Source: an uncultured Gammaproteobacteria bacterium
Lineage (GTDB): Bacteria; Patescibacteriota; Patescibacteriia; Magasanikbacterales; JBBTQS01
Length of the DNA: 64,000 nt
Direction of reading: 5' to 3'
NCBI GenBank assembly: GCA_965230935.1
Contig: OZ246400.1
Location: 758,359-822,358, forward strand
The notes under the pieces were generated by a model that worked only from the letters and a program-made list of their open reading frames with translations, ran no database searches and was not told where the DNA came from. Position numbers and translations under genes: made by a program. Every line of letters begins with the position of its first letter. Positions within the stretch are counted from its first letter, which is position 1. Of this stretch, positions 48,905-57,294 are shown piece by piece.

Positions 48905-49855
48905 TTATTTCACTTTCCTTTTTCTGTCACGTCTTTTCATGTAACGATCCACAGCTTCTTTGGTTGTAACCCAATCACGACCTTCTTTGTGTGCCTCTAG
49001 TTTGCCTTGTCGTGCCAAAAGATTGAGGTATTTTGCGGAATACGGAGTTTTTTCTGCCACATCAGCAAGTTTCATGAATTTTTCTCGTTTTTTATCTGTC
49101 GGAGTAAGTGTTTTAAGATACAAGTCTAGTGAACGCTCAACAGATTGAGCAATAAAGCGAGCAAATGGTTCAAGATTTTTCTTGTCGGCTTGATCAAGCG
49201 CTCGGTAATATTTTTTTCTGTCATTTTTCAAGACAATGGACAAAGGAAAACCAGCCTGCATTAAAATGAGGTTCATCAAAAGTCGAGAGGTGCGTCCATT
49301 ACCGTCAAAAAATGGATGAATGAAAACAAGTTTGTGGTGTGTGAGCGTTGCAAGCTCAACAACATGTAGTTTTTTTCGTTTGGCAGAAAACCACTTAACA
49401 AGGTCATGCATGTGTTGCGACACTTCAAGTGCGTCAGGTGGTGTATGATCAGCGCCGCCAATGATCACGTTTGAGTTTCTATATCTTCCGGCCCACTCTT
49501 TGTCGGTTTCCTGCACAATGAGCATATGGAGTTGTTTGATCAAATTTTCGGAGAGCGTATGGTGTTTGCCTTTTTCAATCAAATCATACAAATACTCAAG
49601 AGCCTGGTAATGATCTTTTGCTTCCAAATGATCTTTGAGTGGCTTTCCTTTCACGGTTAACCCCTCGTTAATAACAAGAAACGTCTCTTTGAGTGTTAAA
49701 GAGTTACCTTCAATGGCATTGGAGTTGTACGTCATTTCAATACGAAGCTGGTCTCTGAGTTTTTCAACCGCTGATTTCGGAAGTGGGCGGAGTGAATTGA
49801 GACGTTTTAGTTTGTCGTTGAGACGATTTTGTAGGGATTGATTTAAGTGAGACAT
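48905..49855 (-). CDS. Fic/Doc (Fido) family protein with an intramolecular inhibitory motif
   Basis: Fic motif HPFFDGNGRTSR and an upstream S-x-x-x-E-G inhibitory motif (SNAIEGN). 316 aa. Confidence 0.85.
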   Translation of the reverse strand: MSHLNQSLQNRLNDKLKRLNSLRPLPKSAVEKLRDQLRIEMTYNSNAIEGNSLTLKETFLVINEGLTVKGKPLKDHLEAKDHYQALEYLYDLIEKGKHHTLSENLIKQLHMLIVQETDKEWAGRYRNSNVIIGGADHTPPDALEVSQHMHDLVKWFSAKRKKLHVVELATLTHHKLVFIHPFFDGNGRTSRLLMNLILMQAGFPLSIVLKNDRKKYYRALDQADKKNLEPFARFIAQSVERSLDLYLKTLTPTDKKREKFMKLADVAEKTPYSAKYLNLLARQGKLEAHKEGRDWVTTKEAVDRYMKRRDRKRKVK

Positions 49856-50114
49856 ATTTAATATGGTTTAGATAATTTATTACACTATACCATATTAAGG
49901 ATTTTATCTAAAATGTAGGATGTGTATAAAAATGAATGAAGGCCGACGGTACTTTTCGATTGCTCGAATTTCCCGCCGACCTTGTATTGACCTCCTTTTC
50001 GGTCATCTCACTCCTTCTTTTTGCTTTTGAGGTTGCTTCGAATGGTCCACACCTTCTCGACGATAGTGAAGACCAATAGGATGCATACGACTGTGAGCAT
50101 GATGTCGATTTTGC

Positions 50115-50471
50115 TCATAATCTGCTCCCCTTATTATTCTCGATCTTTGCAAGCATCAGCAGGTGTGGTCCGACGAAGACACCGAGACCCATACAGATGA
50201 CGCTCACAATGACCAACATGGCGCGCGACTGGGTTAGTGGTTGCCTTGTCACGACAAGCACAACAACTAATCCCGCTAGACCCAGGATTATACACGCCCA
50301 GCCTGCCACCTTGTTTTTCTTTACCTTCTGGCTAATGCTGACCAGCATGCTTGCACTTATGATGGCGAGACCCAGCATAATCAAGGTAAAGCTCCACATG
50401 TCCGCGAACGGGGATACGGCAAAGCCGATGATGGAAAGGATAAGTCCACCAGTTGTGGCAGTGCGTAGCAT
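50115..50471 (-). CDS. Small hypothetical membrane protein
   Basis: 118 aa with 4 TM helices. Confidence 0.45.
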   Translation of the reverse strand: MLRTATTGGLILSIIGFAVSPFADMWSFTLIMLGLAIISASMLVSISQKVKKNKVAGWACIILGLAGLVVVLVVTRQPLTQSRAMLVIVSVICMGLGVFVGPHLLMLAKIENNKGSRL

Positions 50472-50764
50472 GTCATTTCCTCCTACTTCCCGCGATCACC
50501 CCAACCATTGCCGGACTTCCCAAGCATCCAAACGAGCAGGAGGCAAATGGGAAGACACAACACGAGGGTGAGAATGATGATAAAGATCCCTATTTTGTTC
50601 TCCTTTGTTTCCGTCTTTACTGAATTGTAAAGAACAATGAAATATAACGTGGCAATCAAATACTGTCAATGATATTTACTAAATAAAGTATATTATTTAG
50701 CTAAATTGACAATAAAATAAATGTATGCTACAATACCTGTAAATAATTTCTACAACAAAATACT

Positions 50765-51493
50765 ATGCTTAACGAACTCATCAACAATTTTTATTTCAAT
50801 GAAAAAGAGGCCAAGGTCTATTTGGCTGCGTTGGAATTGGGACGCAGTCGAGTAAGCAGAATTGCGAAAAAAGCAGGGCTTAACAGAGTTACAGCTTATG
50901 AGGTGTTAAAACGACTATCTCAAATGGGCATTGCACAAAGTGCTATTTACGGCGGTGTGCAGACATTTATTGTCGTACCACCAGAGACGTTGGTGGAAAA
51001 ACAGGAGAGTCGGTTATCGGTTGCTAAAAAGATATTACCGGAACTTTCTTTGCTTACTGCTTCCAAAAAAAATAAGCCTTCTATTTTATTTTACGAGGGT
51101 ACGGAAGGCATACGGAGTATTTATGAAGATACCCTTGCTTGCAAAGATAAACTGATTTTGAATATTACTCACCCACAAAATCTATTGCAGACTATTGGAG
51201 AGGATTTTTTTTATCAATATGTGAAGAAGCGAACACGTAAGCACATTGCCGTGCAAGTGCTTTTGCCTGATACAAAAGAAAACAAAAAATACAAAAAAGA
51301 AGTCACAACTGCTAAACGACAAATAAAATTCTTTGACTCCACTAAATATCCTTTACCAAACGAAATTTTGATCTATGACAATAAGGTGGCTCTGCTTTCT
51401 TTCTCGTCGCTAGTTGGCGTGGTCGTGGAAGATAGGGATATTGCTCAGTCGGTAAAATCTCTTTGGCAAATGGTTTGGGACAGTATAGATTAA
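50765..51493 (+). CDS. TrmB-like winged-HTH transcriptional regulator
   Basis: The N-terminal region EKEAKVYLAALELGRSRVSRIAKKAGLNRVTAYEVLKRL matches the TrmB HTH; it also has a C-terminal effector-like domain. Confidence 0.6.
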   Translation: MLNELINNFYFNEKEAKVYLAALELGRSRVSRIAKKAGLNRVTAYEVLKRLSQMGIAQSAIYGGVQTFIVVPPETLVEKQESRLSVAKKILPELSLLTASKKNKPSILFYEGTEGIRSIYEDTLACKDKLILNITHPQNLLQTIGEDFFYQYVKKRTRKHIAVQVLLPDTKENKKYKKEVTTAKRQIKFFDSTKYPLPNEILIYDNKVALLSFSSLVGVVVEDRDIAQSVKSLWQMVWDSID

Positions 51494-51654
51494 AAATAAA
51501 AATTGTCACACCTGAGCATACTGGTGTGACTCCATGTTTTTTCCCTCATCAAAAAAACGTCCCGCCGAATATACGGCGGGACACCTATTTTAAATGAAAA
51601 ATCAATTTGGTCATTATAGAAAAATGGGCGACGTCAGGAGCCAAAAGAAAAAGC

Positions 51655-51762
51655 GTATTTCAGCTAACGTTAGGGATATACGAAGTTTTTCTGTAGCGTA
51701 GCGGAAGAAAAATTTGGGTGAAGCCCGAGCCGAGGGCTGAACCGTATATCCCTTGTTATGTG
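51655..51762 (+). repeat. attC-like imperfect palindrome / structured element, copy 2
   Basis: Same 17-nt leader GTATTTCAGCTAACGTT. L stems AGGGATATACG / CGTATATCCCT (compensatory relative to copy 1). The internal hairpin AGCCC-GAGCCGA-GGGCT is flanked by TGGGTGA and GAACC, with a closing GTTA. Confidence 0.55.
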
Positions 51763-51835
51763 CCCCGACGACTGAAAGGAGGAGAGCGCAGCGTGGCGCG
51801 AACGATAGTGAGCAAGTCCGTCGTAGCCCGCCGCC

Positions 51836-52483
51836 CTATTCGCAATTATTATGCAATTTCCACATTTCTGGGTCATGTCCTTCAGGGATATTCTCGCATG
51901 GATCTCCAGAAGTGTATCCTCTCAACTCATTATACTTCTCTACTTGCTGGGGCGTAAGAATTTCAACCATAGACAAGTGATATTTCAAATGAACAACTCT
52001 CAACTGACCGTATAAATCAGCACTTTCTTTAACTTTCTCTTGAAGAAATGCGTTTGTGATTGTTTTACCTGTAAATGCGTCATCAATTCCTTTTTCAATA
52101 TCTATAATTTTTTCGCCAAGCTCAATGGCTTCAGAACGCATTTCTTCATAAAGTGCTTCAATTTGTTTATGTTGTTCATTTGTCAGTTGAAATTCGCCTG
52201 CATCATACGCATCCAAAACATGACGAGGACCAGGATAGCCATTTAGTTCGGCAGGTTTTGCCATGCCTCCAAACGGAGTTCCAGCCCCAGCAAGTAGTCC
52301 CTCAATATCATCTTGAGAAAGTGCTTTTATACCTCTTGCTTCTTGTCCTGCATAAGGAGAATGTATGGCACTTTCGTCAGAAGTTTGAGAGGTGGTTTTA
52401 TCTTGTTGCGAGAATATCCCTATAACGATAGCTACTAGGATAACTCCAATAATAATTGCGAATTTTTTATCAAACTTTTTCAT
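51836..52483 (-). CDS. LTXXQ-motif (Spy/CpxP/ZraP-like) periplasmic protein
   Basis: Signal/TM N-terminus and two LTxxQ motifs (LTNEQHKQIEALYEEM, LTPQQVEKYNEL). Confidence 0.55.
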   Translation of the reverse strand: MKKFDKKFAIIIGVILVAIVIGIFSQQDKTTSQTSDESAIHSPYAGQEARGIKALSQDDIEGLLAGAGTPFGGMAKPAELNGYPGPRHVLDAYDAGEFQLTNEQHKQIEALYEEMRSEAIELGEKIIDIEKGIDDAFTGKTITNAFLQEKVKESADLYGQLRVVHLKYHLSMVEILTPQQVEKYNELRGYTSGDPCENIPEGHDPEMWKLHNNCE

Positions 52484-52631
52484 AATACTTAGTTAAATTA
52501 TAAATGATTTAAAAGTTTTCCGCTAAAGGCAGGCGAAGGCGGATTGCACATAACTGGTTTCAATCCGCACTTTCTTGCTGATAATACTCGAATCTTGCGT
52601 AGTATGCGAACTATCTGTACAATACCATAAT

Positions 52632-53444
52632 ATGCAAAATTATCTACAACAGGCACAAACAGAACTTAGGCTTCGAAATTATAGTCCAAAAACAATCAAA
52701 AGCTATCTCCGTTGCCTTACGCAGTATTTGGACACTATCAAAATTGATCCAACAAAAGCCACACGAGATGACATCGCCCGATTTCTTCTTGCCAAACAGC
52801 ACATCGGTCTTGCGCCATCAAGCATCAATCAATATCTTGGCGCAATTAAATTTTTTTATACGGAGATTTTACATCAGCCGCTCCATCTTACAATCAAGTT
52901 TGCAAAAAGACCACACCGACTCCCGGTAGTACTTTCTTCCACAGAAATCAAACGACTCATCAACGCTATCGCTAACAGTAAGCACCGTCTACTTATCTCA
53001 CTTGCCTATGGTGCAGGCTTGCGAGTGAGCGAGGTTGTGCGTTTGCGCGTGCAAGACATCTCCCTTGACGAGCTCACTATTCATATTAAACAGGCGAAAG
53101 GGCGTAAAGATCGTATTACGCTTTTCCCGGAAAAGTTACACAACGATTTTTTGATTCTTCTCAAAGAGAGAGAACCAAAAACATATGTATTTCTCTCTCA
53201 AAGAGGAGGGAGACTTACCACGCGCACTGCACAAAAGATTTTTACCAAGGCACTTATCAAAGCAAGCATTACTAAACCAGCCACATTCCATTCCCTTCGT
53301 CACAGTTTTGCAACACATCTTATTGAAAACGGAGTTGATATTCGCTATGTTCAAGAGCTGCTCGGGCATAGTAATATTCGAACCACACAACAGTATACTC
53401 AGGTCACTCGTCCTGCACTTAAAAATATCAAAAGCCCCCTATAA
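52632..53444 (+). CDS. Short tyrosine site-specific recombinase (XerC/D-like integrase, 271 aa)
   Basis: Catalytic residues in the expected spacing: AGLRVSEV (box I Arg), KGRKDRIT (Lys) and HSLRHSFATHLIENGVDIRYVQELLGHSNIRTTQQYTQV (HxxR, H, Y). The start is assigned to the ATG at 52632 (MQNYLQQAQ). Confidence 0.85.
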   Translation: MQNYLQQAQTELRLRNYSPKTIKSYLRCLTQYLDTIKIDPTKATRDDIARFLLAKQHIGLAPSSINQYLGAIKFFYTEILHQPLHLTIKFAKRPHRLPVVLSSTEIKRLINAIANSKHRLLISLAYGAGLRVSEVVRLRVQDISLDELTIHIKQAKGRKDRITLFPEKLHNDFLILLKEREPKTYVFLSQRGGRLTTRTAQKIFTKALIKASITKPATFHSLRHSFATHLIENGVDIRYVQELLGHSNIRTTQQYTQVTRPALKNIKSPL

Positions 53445-53507
53445 TCCCCAGTTGCCACACACCCTCTCCAATGCTAAACTCAATTTAGCAAAATAGTCCA
53501 AAAATAT

Positions 53508-54173
53508 ATGGTGCTCAACAAAACAGAACTTCTCTCCTATATAAAGGAAGGAAAACTCACGTTTTCACCCTCTCTCGATGCGTTTCAAATGCAGCCAAAC
53601 TCCGTTGATCTGCGTCTGGGCTGGAGCTTTTATGTTCCCAAAGGCGAAGAGATGACCGCACAAGGTCGTGTAGGTGTTTCAGCAGATTATCTGGATTATG
53701 AATCTCCAAAAGAATATTACAAATTGATCAAACTCAAACCAGGGCAAGTGTTTGAGATTCAACCAAAAGAGTTTGTGATTATCTCCACACTCGAGAAGGT
53801 TACCTTTGCTGATGGTTCTATTGCCGCCACACTCTACCCACGTAGCTCAGTGATGCGCCGTGGATTGATTATGGAAGGGGGAGTGGTTGATGCATTTTAC
53901 TCCGGGCACCTCACCATTCCGCTCTTTAACAGTACCACCCATGCGATTAAGCTATTCCCAGGTGAGCGGGTGTGTCAGTTGATGGTTCAGCAACTAAGTT
54001 CGGCATTGGAGAAAGACGGCGCAAACACCCATGGTGTTGCCCAAGCCAAATACATGGATGCAACTCCCTATGGTCTTGAAGCACGTACTGACAGCAAAGA
54101 AGAGATTGACTTTATCAAGGCTGGAAACCTCGACGGACTTAAAGATCAATTCACCATCACCGCTAAAGAGTAA
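53508..54173 (+). CDS. dcd: dCTP deaminase / dUTPase-fold protein
   Basis: N-terminal pattern ...SVDLRLG... typical of Dcd; about 220 aa with the trimeric dUTPase fold. Confidence 0.6.
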   Translation: MVLNKTELLSYIKEGKLTFSPSLDAFQMQPNSVDLRLGWSFYVPKGEEMTAQGRVGVSADYLDYESPKEYYKLIKLKPGQVFEIQPKEFVIISTLEKVTFADGSIAATLYPRSSVMRRGLIMEGGVVDAFYSGHLTIPLFNSTTHAIKLFPGERVCQLMVQQLSSALEKDGANTHGVAQAKYMDATPYGLEARTDSKEEIDFIKAGNLDGLKDQFTITAKE

Positions 54174-54174
54174 T

Positions 54175-55116
54175 ATGGCCTATCAGAGCCCAAAGCCATT
54201 CCCGTTTATCCCACCAGGCCACACCATAGGATATGTGGCAGCAGATCACGATCACATTGTTGCAGCTCGCAATGCAGCACAAGCATCCAAAGGGTGTCGC
54301 TGGCGCGTAGGGACGGTCTTGGTAAAAGACGATCAAATTATTGGCCAAGGTGCCAATGCCACTGACGCACCGCAAGATCGCACATTATTTTGTCCGCGCC
54401 AAGTCCTTGAGTGTCCCAGTGGCCAAGGGTACGAGCATTGCCCGGCGTGTGTCGGCATTCATTCCGAAGTCGCTGCGGTCAAAAACGCAAAAGCAAACGG
54501 TAATCACACTGATGGTACTGACGCGTACCTGTACGGTCATTGGTGGTGCTGCGAGCCGTGTTGGAAAGTCATGATCGACGCTGGAGTACGCAACGTATAT
54601 CTAGTAGAGCAAGCAACTGAGCAATTTGAAAAAGTAGATTGGCAGCCACCGGCATGGTCACAACCGATTCAAACCTATGTTTCCGGTTCACTCACGCACA
54701 GTGCGATGGAACGTCGCGCACTGTATGAACAAGTCGGGCGTGCATTAGAGCTCGCCAATCTTGGACCATATGTTCCACACCAAACCACAGAGCCCAACAT
54801 GGGTCCAGATGGAGAAAACCACAAACCGCGAACACCGGAAGAAATTTGGCGCATTAACCACGATGTGATTAAAGACTCTCAGCTTATGGTGGCATTTGTT
54901 GATGAGCCATCACTTGGCGTTGGGATGGAGTTACAAATCGCAGAGCAATACGAAATTCCGGTAATCGTGTTGGCGCATATTGATGCGCGCGTTTCTCGAA
55001 TGGCACTCGGTTTTCCGCAATTGCAACATACCATCCGGTATCATGAACTCCCTGATTTACTCACGCAGTTGCATAGCGCACTCGACGAAGTGGTGGTACC
55101 ACGGTTTGGTATTTAA
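54175..55116 (+). CDS. Fusion of dCMP/cytidylate deaminase with a nucleoside 2-deoxyribosyltransferase / DNPH1-like domain
   Basis: Zinc motifs HSEVAAV and CEPCWKVM of the CDA superfamily. The C-terminal ~170 aa (QLMVAFVDEPSLGVGMELQIAEQYEIPVIVL) match the NDT/Rcl-fold catalytic Glu context. Confidence 0.6.
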   Translation: MAYQSPKPFPFIPPGHTIGYVAADHDHIVAARNAAQASKGCRWRVGTVLVKDDQIIGQGANATDAPQDRTLFCPRQVLECPSGQGYEHCPACVGIHSEVAAVKNAKANGNHTDGTDAYLYGHWWCCEPCWKVMIDAGVRNVYLVEQATEQFEKVDWQPPAWSQPIQTYVSGSLTHSAMERRALYEQVGRALELANLGPYVPHQTTEPNMGPDGENHKPRTPEEIWRINHDVIKDSQLMVAFVDEPSLGVGMELQIAEQYEIPVIVLAHIDARVSRMALGFPQLQHTIRYHELPDLLTQLHSALDEVVVPRFGI

Positions 55117-55119
55117 TAT

Positions 55120-55680
55120 ATGAATTCTACAGAGAAGAAAATTATTCTGGGCTTTGTTGGTCCTATGGCCAGTGGCAAAGGCGCAGCGTCTGATTATCTG
55201 ATCGAGAAATATGATGTTGGGCATGTGCGGTATTCAACCATGTTGCGTGATATGGCGGATCGATTATTTTTGCCGCACACTCGTGACGTGTTGATTACTA
55301 TGTCCGAGGCGATCCGCGAGAAATTTGGTGATGATATTATGGCCAAAGTGGTGCGCGAGGAAGCCATGCGTAGCCCTAAACGTATCGTGTGTATTGATGG
55401 CATTCGTCGCCCAATGGATATTGAGGTGCTCAAAGACGCGCCCGGGTTTACCTTGGTGCACATTACTGCTGACATGCGCACACGCTATGAACGTCTTATT
55501 GCACGGACAGAAAATTCAGATGATCAAACCAAAACGTTTGAGCAGTTTGAACAAGAGCATCAACGCAGCACTGAGGTAACAATTGCACAAGTGGCTGCTG
55601 GGGCTGATGTGACCATTGATAATAATGGAACATTTGAGCAGCTCTATGCGCAGCTCGATAAATTGATTACCACATTATGA
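55120..55680 (+). CDS. P-loop (d)NMP kinase-like protein
   Basis: Walker A GPMASGKG; small kinase size; located between the deaminase and tmk. Confidence 0.5.
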   Translation: MNSTEKKIILGFVGPMASGKGAASDYLIEKYDVGHVRYSTMLRDMADRLFLPHTRDVLITMSEAIREKFGDDIMAKVVREEAMRSPKRIVCIDGIRRPMDIEVLKDAPGFTLVHITADMRTRYERLIARTENSDDQTKTFEQFEQEHQRSTEVTIAQVAAGADVTIDNNGTFEQLYAQLDKLITTL

Positions 55681-56414
55681 ACAACGGAACATTTATCATG
55701 ATTGATGGGATTGATGGCTCTGGAAAGAGTACGATCATGACTACCTGGAAAGAGGTGCTCGAAGCTGCTGGCAAATCAGTGTTTGTGTTGAAAGATTTTT
55801 GGGCGCAGCATAATCGTCATCCCGAACCTAAAGAGATTCCCGAGGATACCTTTGCAATTATCTCAGCCGAGCCAACGAATATCTGGATTGGAGCAGCCAT
55901 TCGACAAGAGATGATTCAAAAACATGATCGTGAATATAGTGCACACGCGATTGCTTCTGCATTTGCTATGGATCGTTTGGTGCTGTATAAGCGGGTGCAT
56001 ATGCCTGCTCGCGTACGTGGCATTCACATTATTCAGGATCGCGGAGTTTCCACGTCGTTGTGTTATCAAGCGCTCACGTTACAAGATCAAGGAATTACGC
56101 GCGAACATATTGCCGAACTTGAAGGCAATGCGTTTGCTCTGCAAAACGCACCTGATATTTTACTGTTGCTTGATGTGGCGCCCGAGACGTGTGTTGCGCG
56201 ATTGGCCGGTCGGGTAGAGAAGGACGATAATGCGATCTTTGAGCAAATCGCATTTCAAAAACAAGCAGATGCCTGTTTTCGCTCCCCAGAATTTCAAGAG
56301 TTTTTTACCAAAAATGGCAGCAAGGTGCACACCTTTAATGCTGATCAAGAACTTGATATACTACAACCACAACTGCGCGATTTGCTCAGTGAATATTTAG
56401 CAACTAAATTATGA
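55677..56414 (+). CDS. tmk: Thymidylate kinase-like protein
   Basis: IMIDGIDGSGKST P-loop characteristic of dTMP kinase; the DRG/ lid region is present. Confidence 0.65.
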   Translation: MNNGTFIMIDGIDGSGKSTIMTTWKEVLEAAGKSVFVLKDFWAQHNRHPEPKEIPEDTFAIISAEPTNIWIGAAIRQEMIQKHDREYSAHAIASAFAMDRLVLYKRVHMPARVRGIHIIQDRGVSTSLCYQALTLQDQGITREHIAELEGNAFALQNAPDILLLLDVAPETCVARLAGRVEKDDNAIFEQIAFQKQADACFRSPEFQEFFTKNGSKVHTFNADQELDILQPQLRDLLSEYLATKL

Positions 56415-57289
56415 AACATCAACTCATGAGTGCGTTTGCGCTGTTGTCCGCCGGTTTTGGATTATGGAAAACGCGCTGGGGGGCTATGCTTGGGTTTGGT
56501 CTGCTCCTGTATGTGACACAACTGGTTGCACAATTTGCCAGTTTTGTGGCAAGTGCATCCTTTTTAAATCTTTTTGGCACGCATCCAGAACAGCTTACCT
56601 CACTTGAGAAGTCTTTCCCGATCCTGCTCGAGCACAAGGAGCTTCTAGGCTCATGGGGCGTGTTTCTTTTGAGTACCCTGATTGTCATTATGACCACCGT
56701 AGTATCGTTGTGGATTTTTATTGCAACCACGCGCATGCTGGCTGATGTATTTTCTAAGAAGAAAGGCAAAGGCGTTGGTGCGTATTTGAGCAGTGCGGTT
56801 TCATTGGTAGTGCCACTTGCCGTAGTCGCGTTTATGATTTTGATTTTGATCAAGGTTGCGCAGTATTTGTTGGTTGCGCTCCCACTCTCACTGGTGCCAA
56901 AGTTGAGTCTGGTTGTGTTAGCAAGTATCGCCATTATTACCTTCTTCATGTTTGCGTTCTATATTGTGGTGTTTGAAAAACCACGAGGCATAGCAGCACT
57001 TCGGGAGAGTATTGCACTCGTGCGCGGGCGTGTGTGGTTTATGATGCTCAATGTATTTATCATTACCATTGGACTTTGGATTTTGGGAGCAGTACTTGGT
57101 CGGGTAATTCAGTATCTCTTCTTAATGTTCTTTAGTAGTTTGCCGGTTGGGTTATCACAAAGCACGGCCGCATGGCTCGACTTTTTCATCCAAAGCTTGC
57201 CGGTGATCATTATTTTGCCATATCTGTTTAGTGTGCAATATCGTTTTTATCGTAATGCCGAAGAAACACTTGGGAAGACGTCCAAGTAA
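56411..57289 (+). CDS. Hypothetical polytopic membrane protein
   Basis: 292 aa with about 6 TM helices. Confidence 0.45.
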   Translation: MKHQLMSAFALLSAGFGLWKTRWGAMLGFGLLLYVTQLVAQFASFVASASFLNLFGTHPEQLTSLEKSFPILLEHKELLGSWGVFLLSTLIVIMTTVVSLWIFIATTRMLADVFSKKKGKGVGAYLSSAVSLVVPLAVVAFMILILIKVAQYLLVALPLSLVPKLSLVVLASIAIITFFMFAFYIVVFEKPRGIAALRESIALVRGRVWFMMLNVFIITIGLWILGAVLGRVIQYLFLMFFSSLPVGLSQSTAAWLDFFIQSLPVIIILPYLFSVQYRFYRNAEETLGKTSK

Positions 57290-57294
57290 CTCCT

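Noticed and set aside
48660-51770. Considered retron msr/msd, IS200/IS605 ends with omega-RNA, and T-box leaders for the paired elements.
   Set aside because: There is no reverse transcriptase, TnpA/TnpB or aminoacyl-tRNA synthetase gene in the vicinity, and the conserved motifs do not match.
54031-54174. The extended N-terminus of the deaminase ORF, which overlaps dcd by 143 nt.
   Set aside because: The ATG at 54175 follows the dcd stop and matches the start of the deaminase domain.
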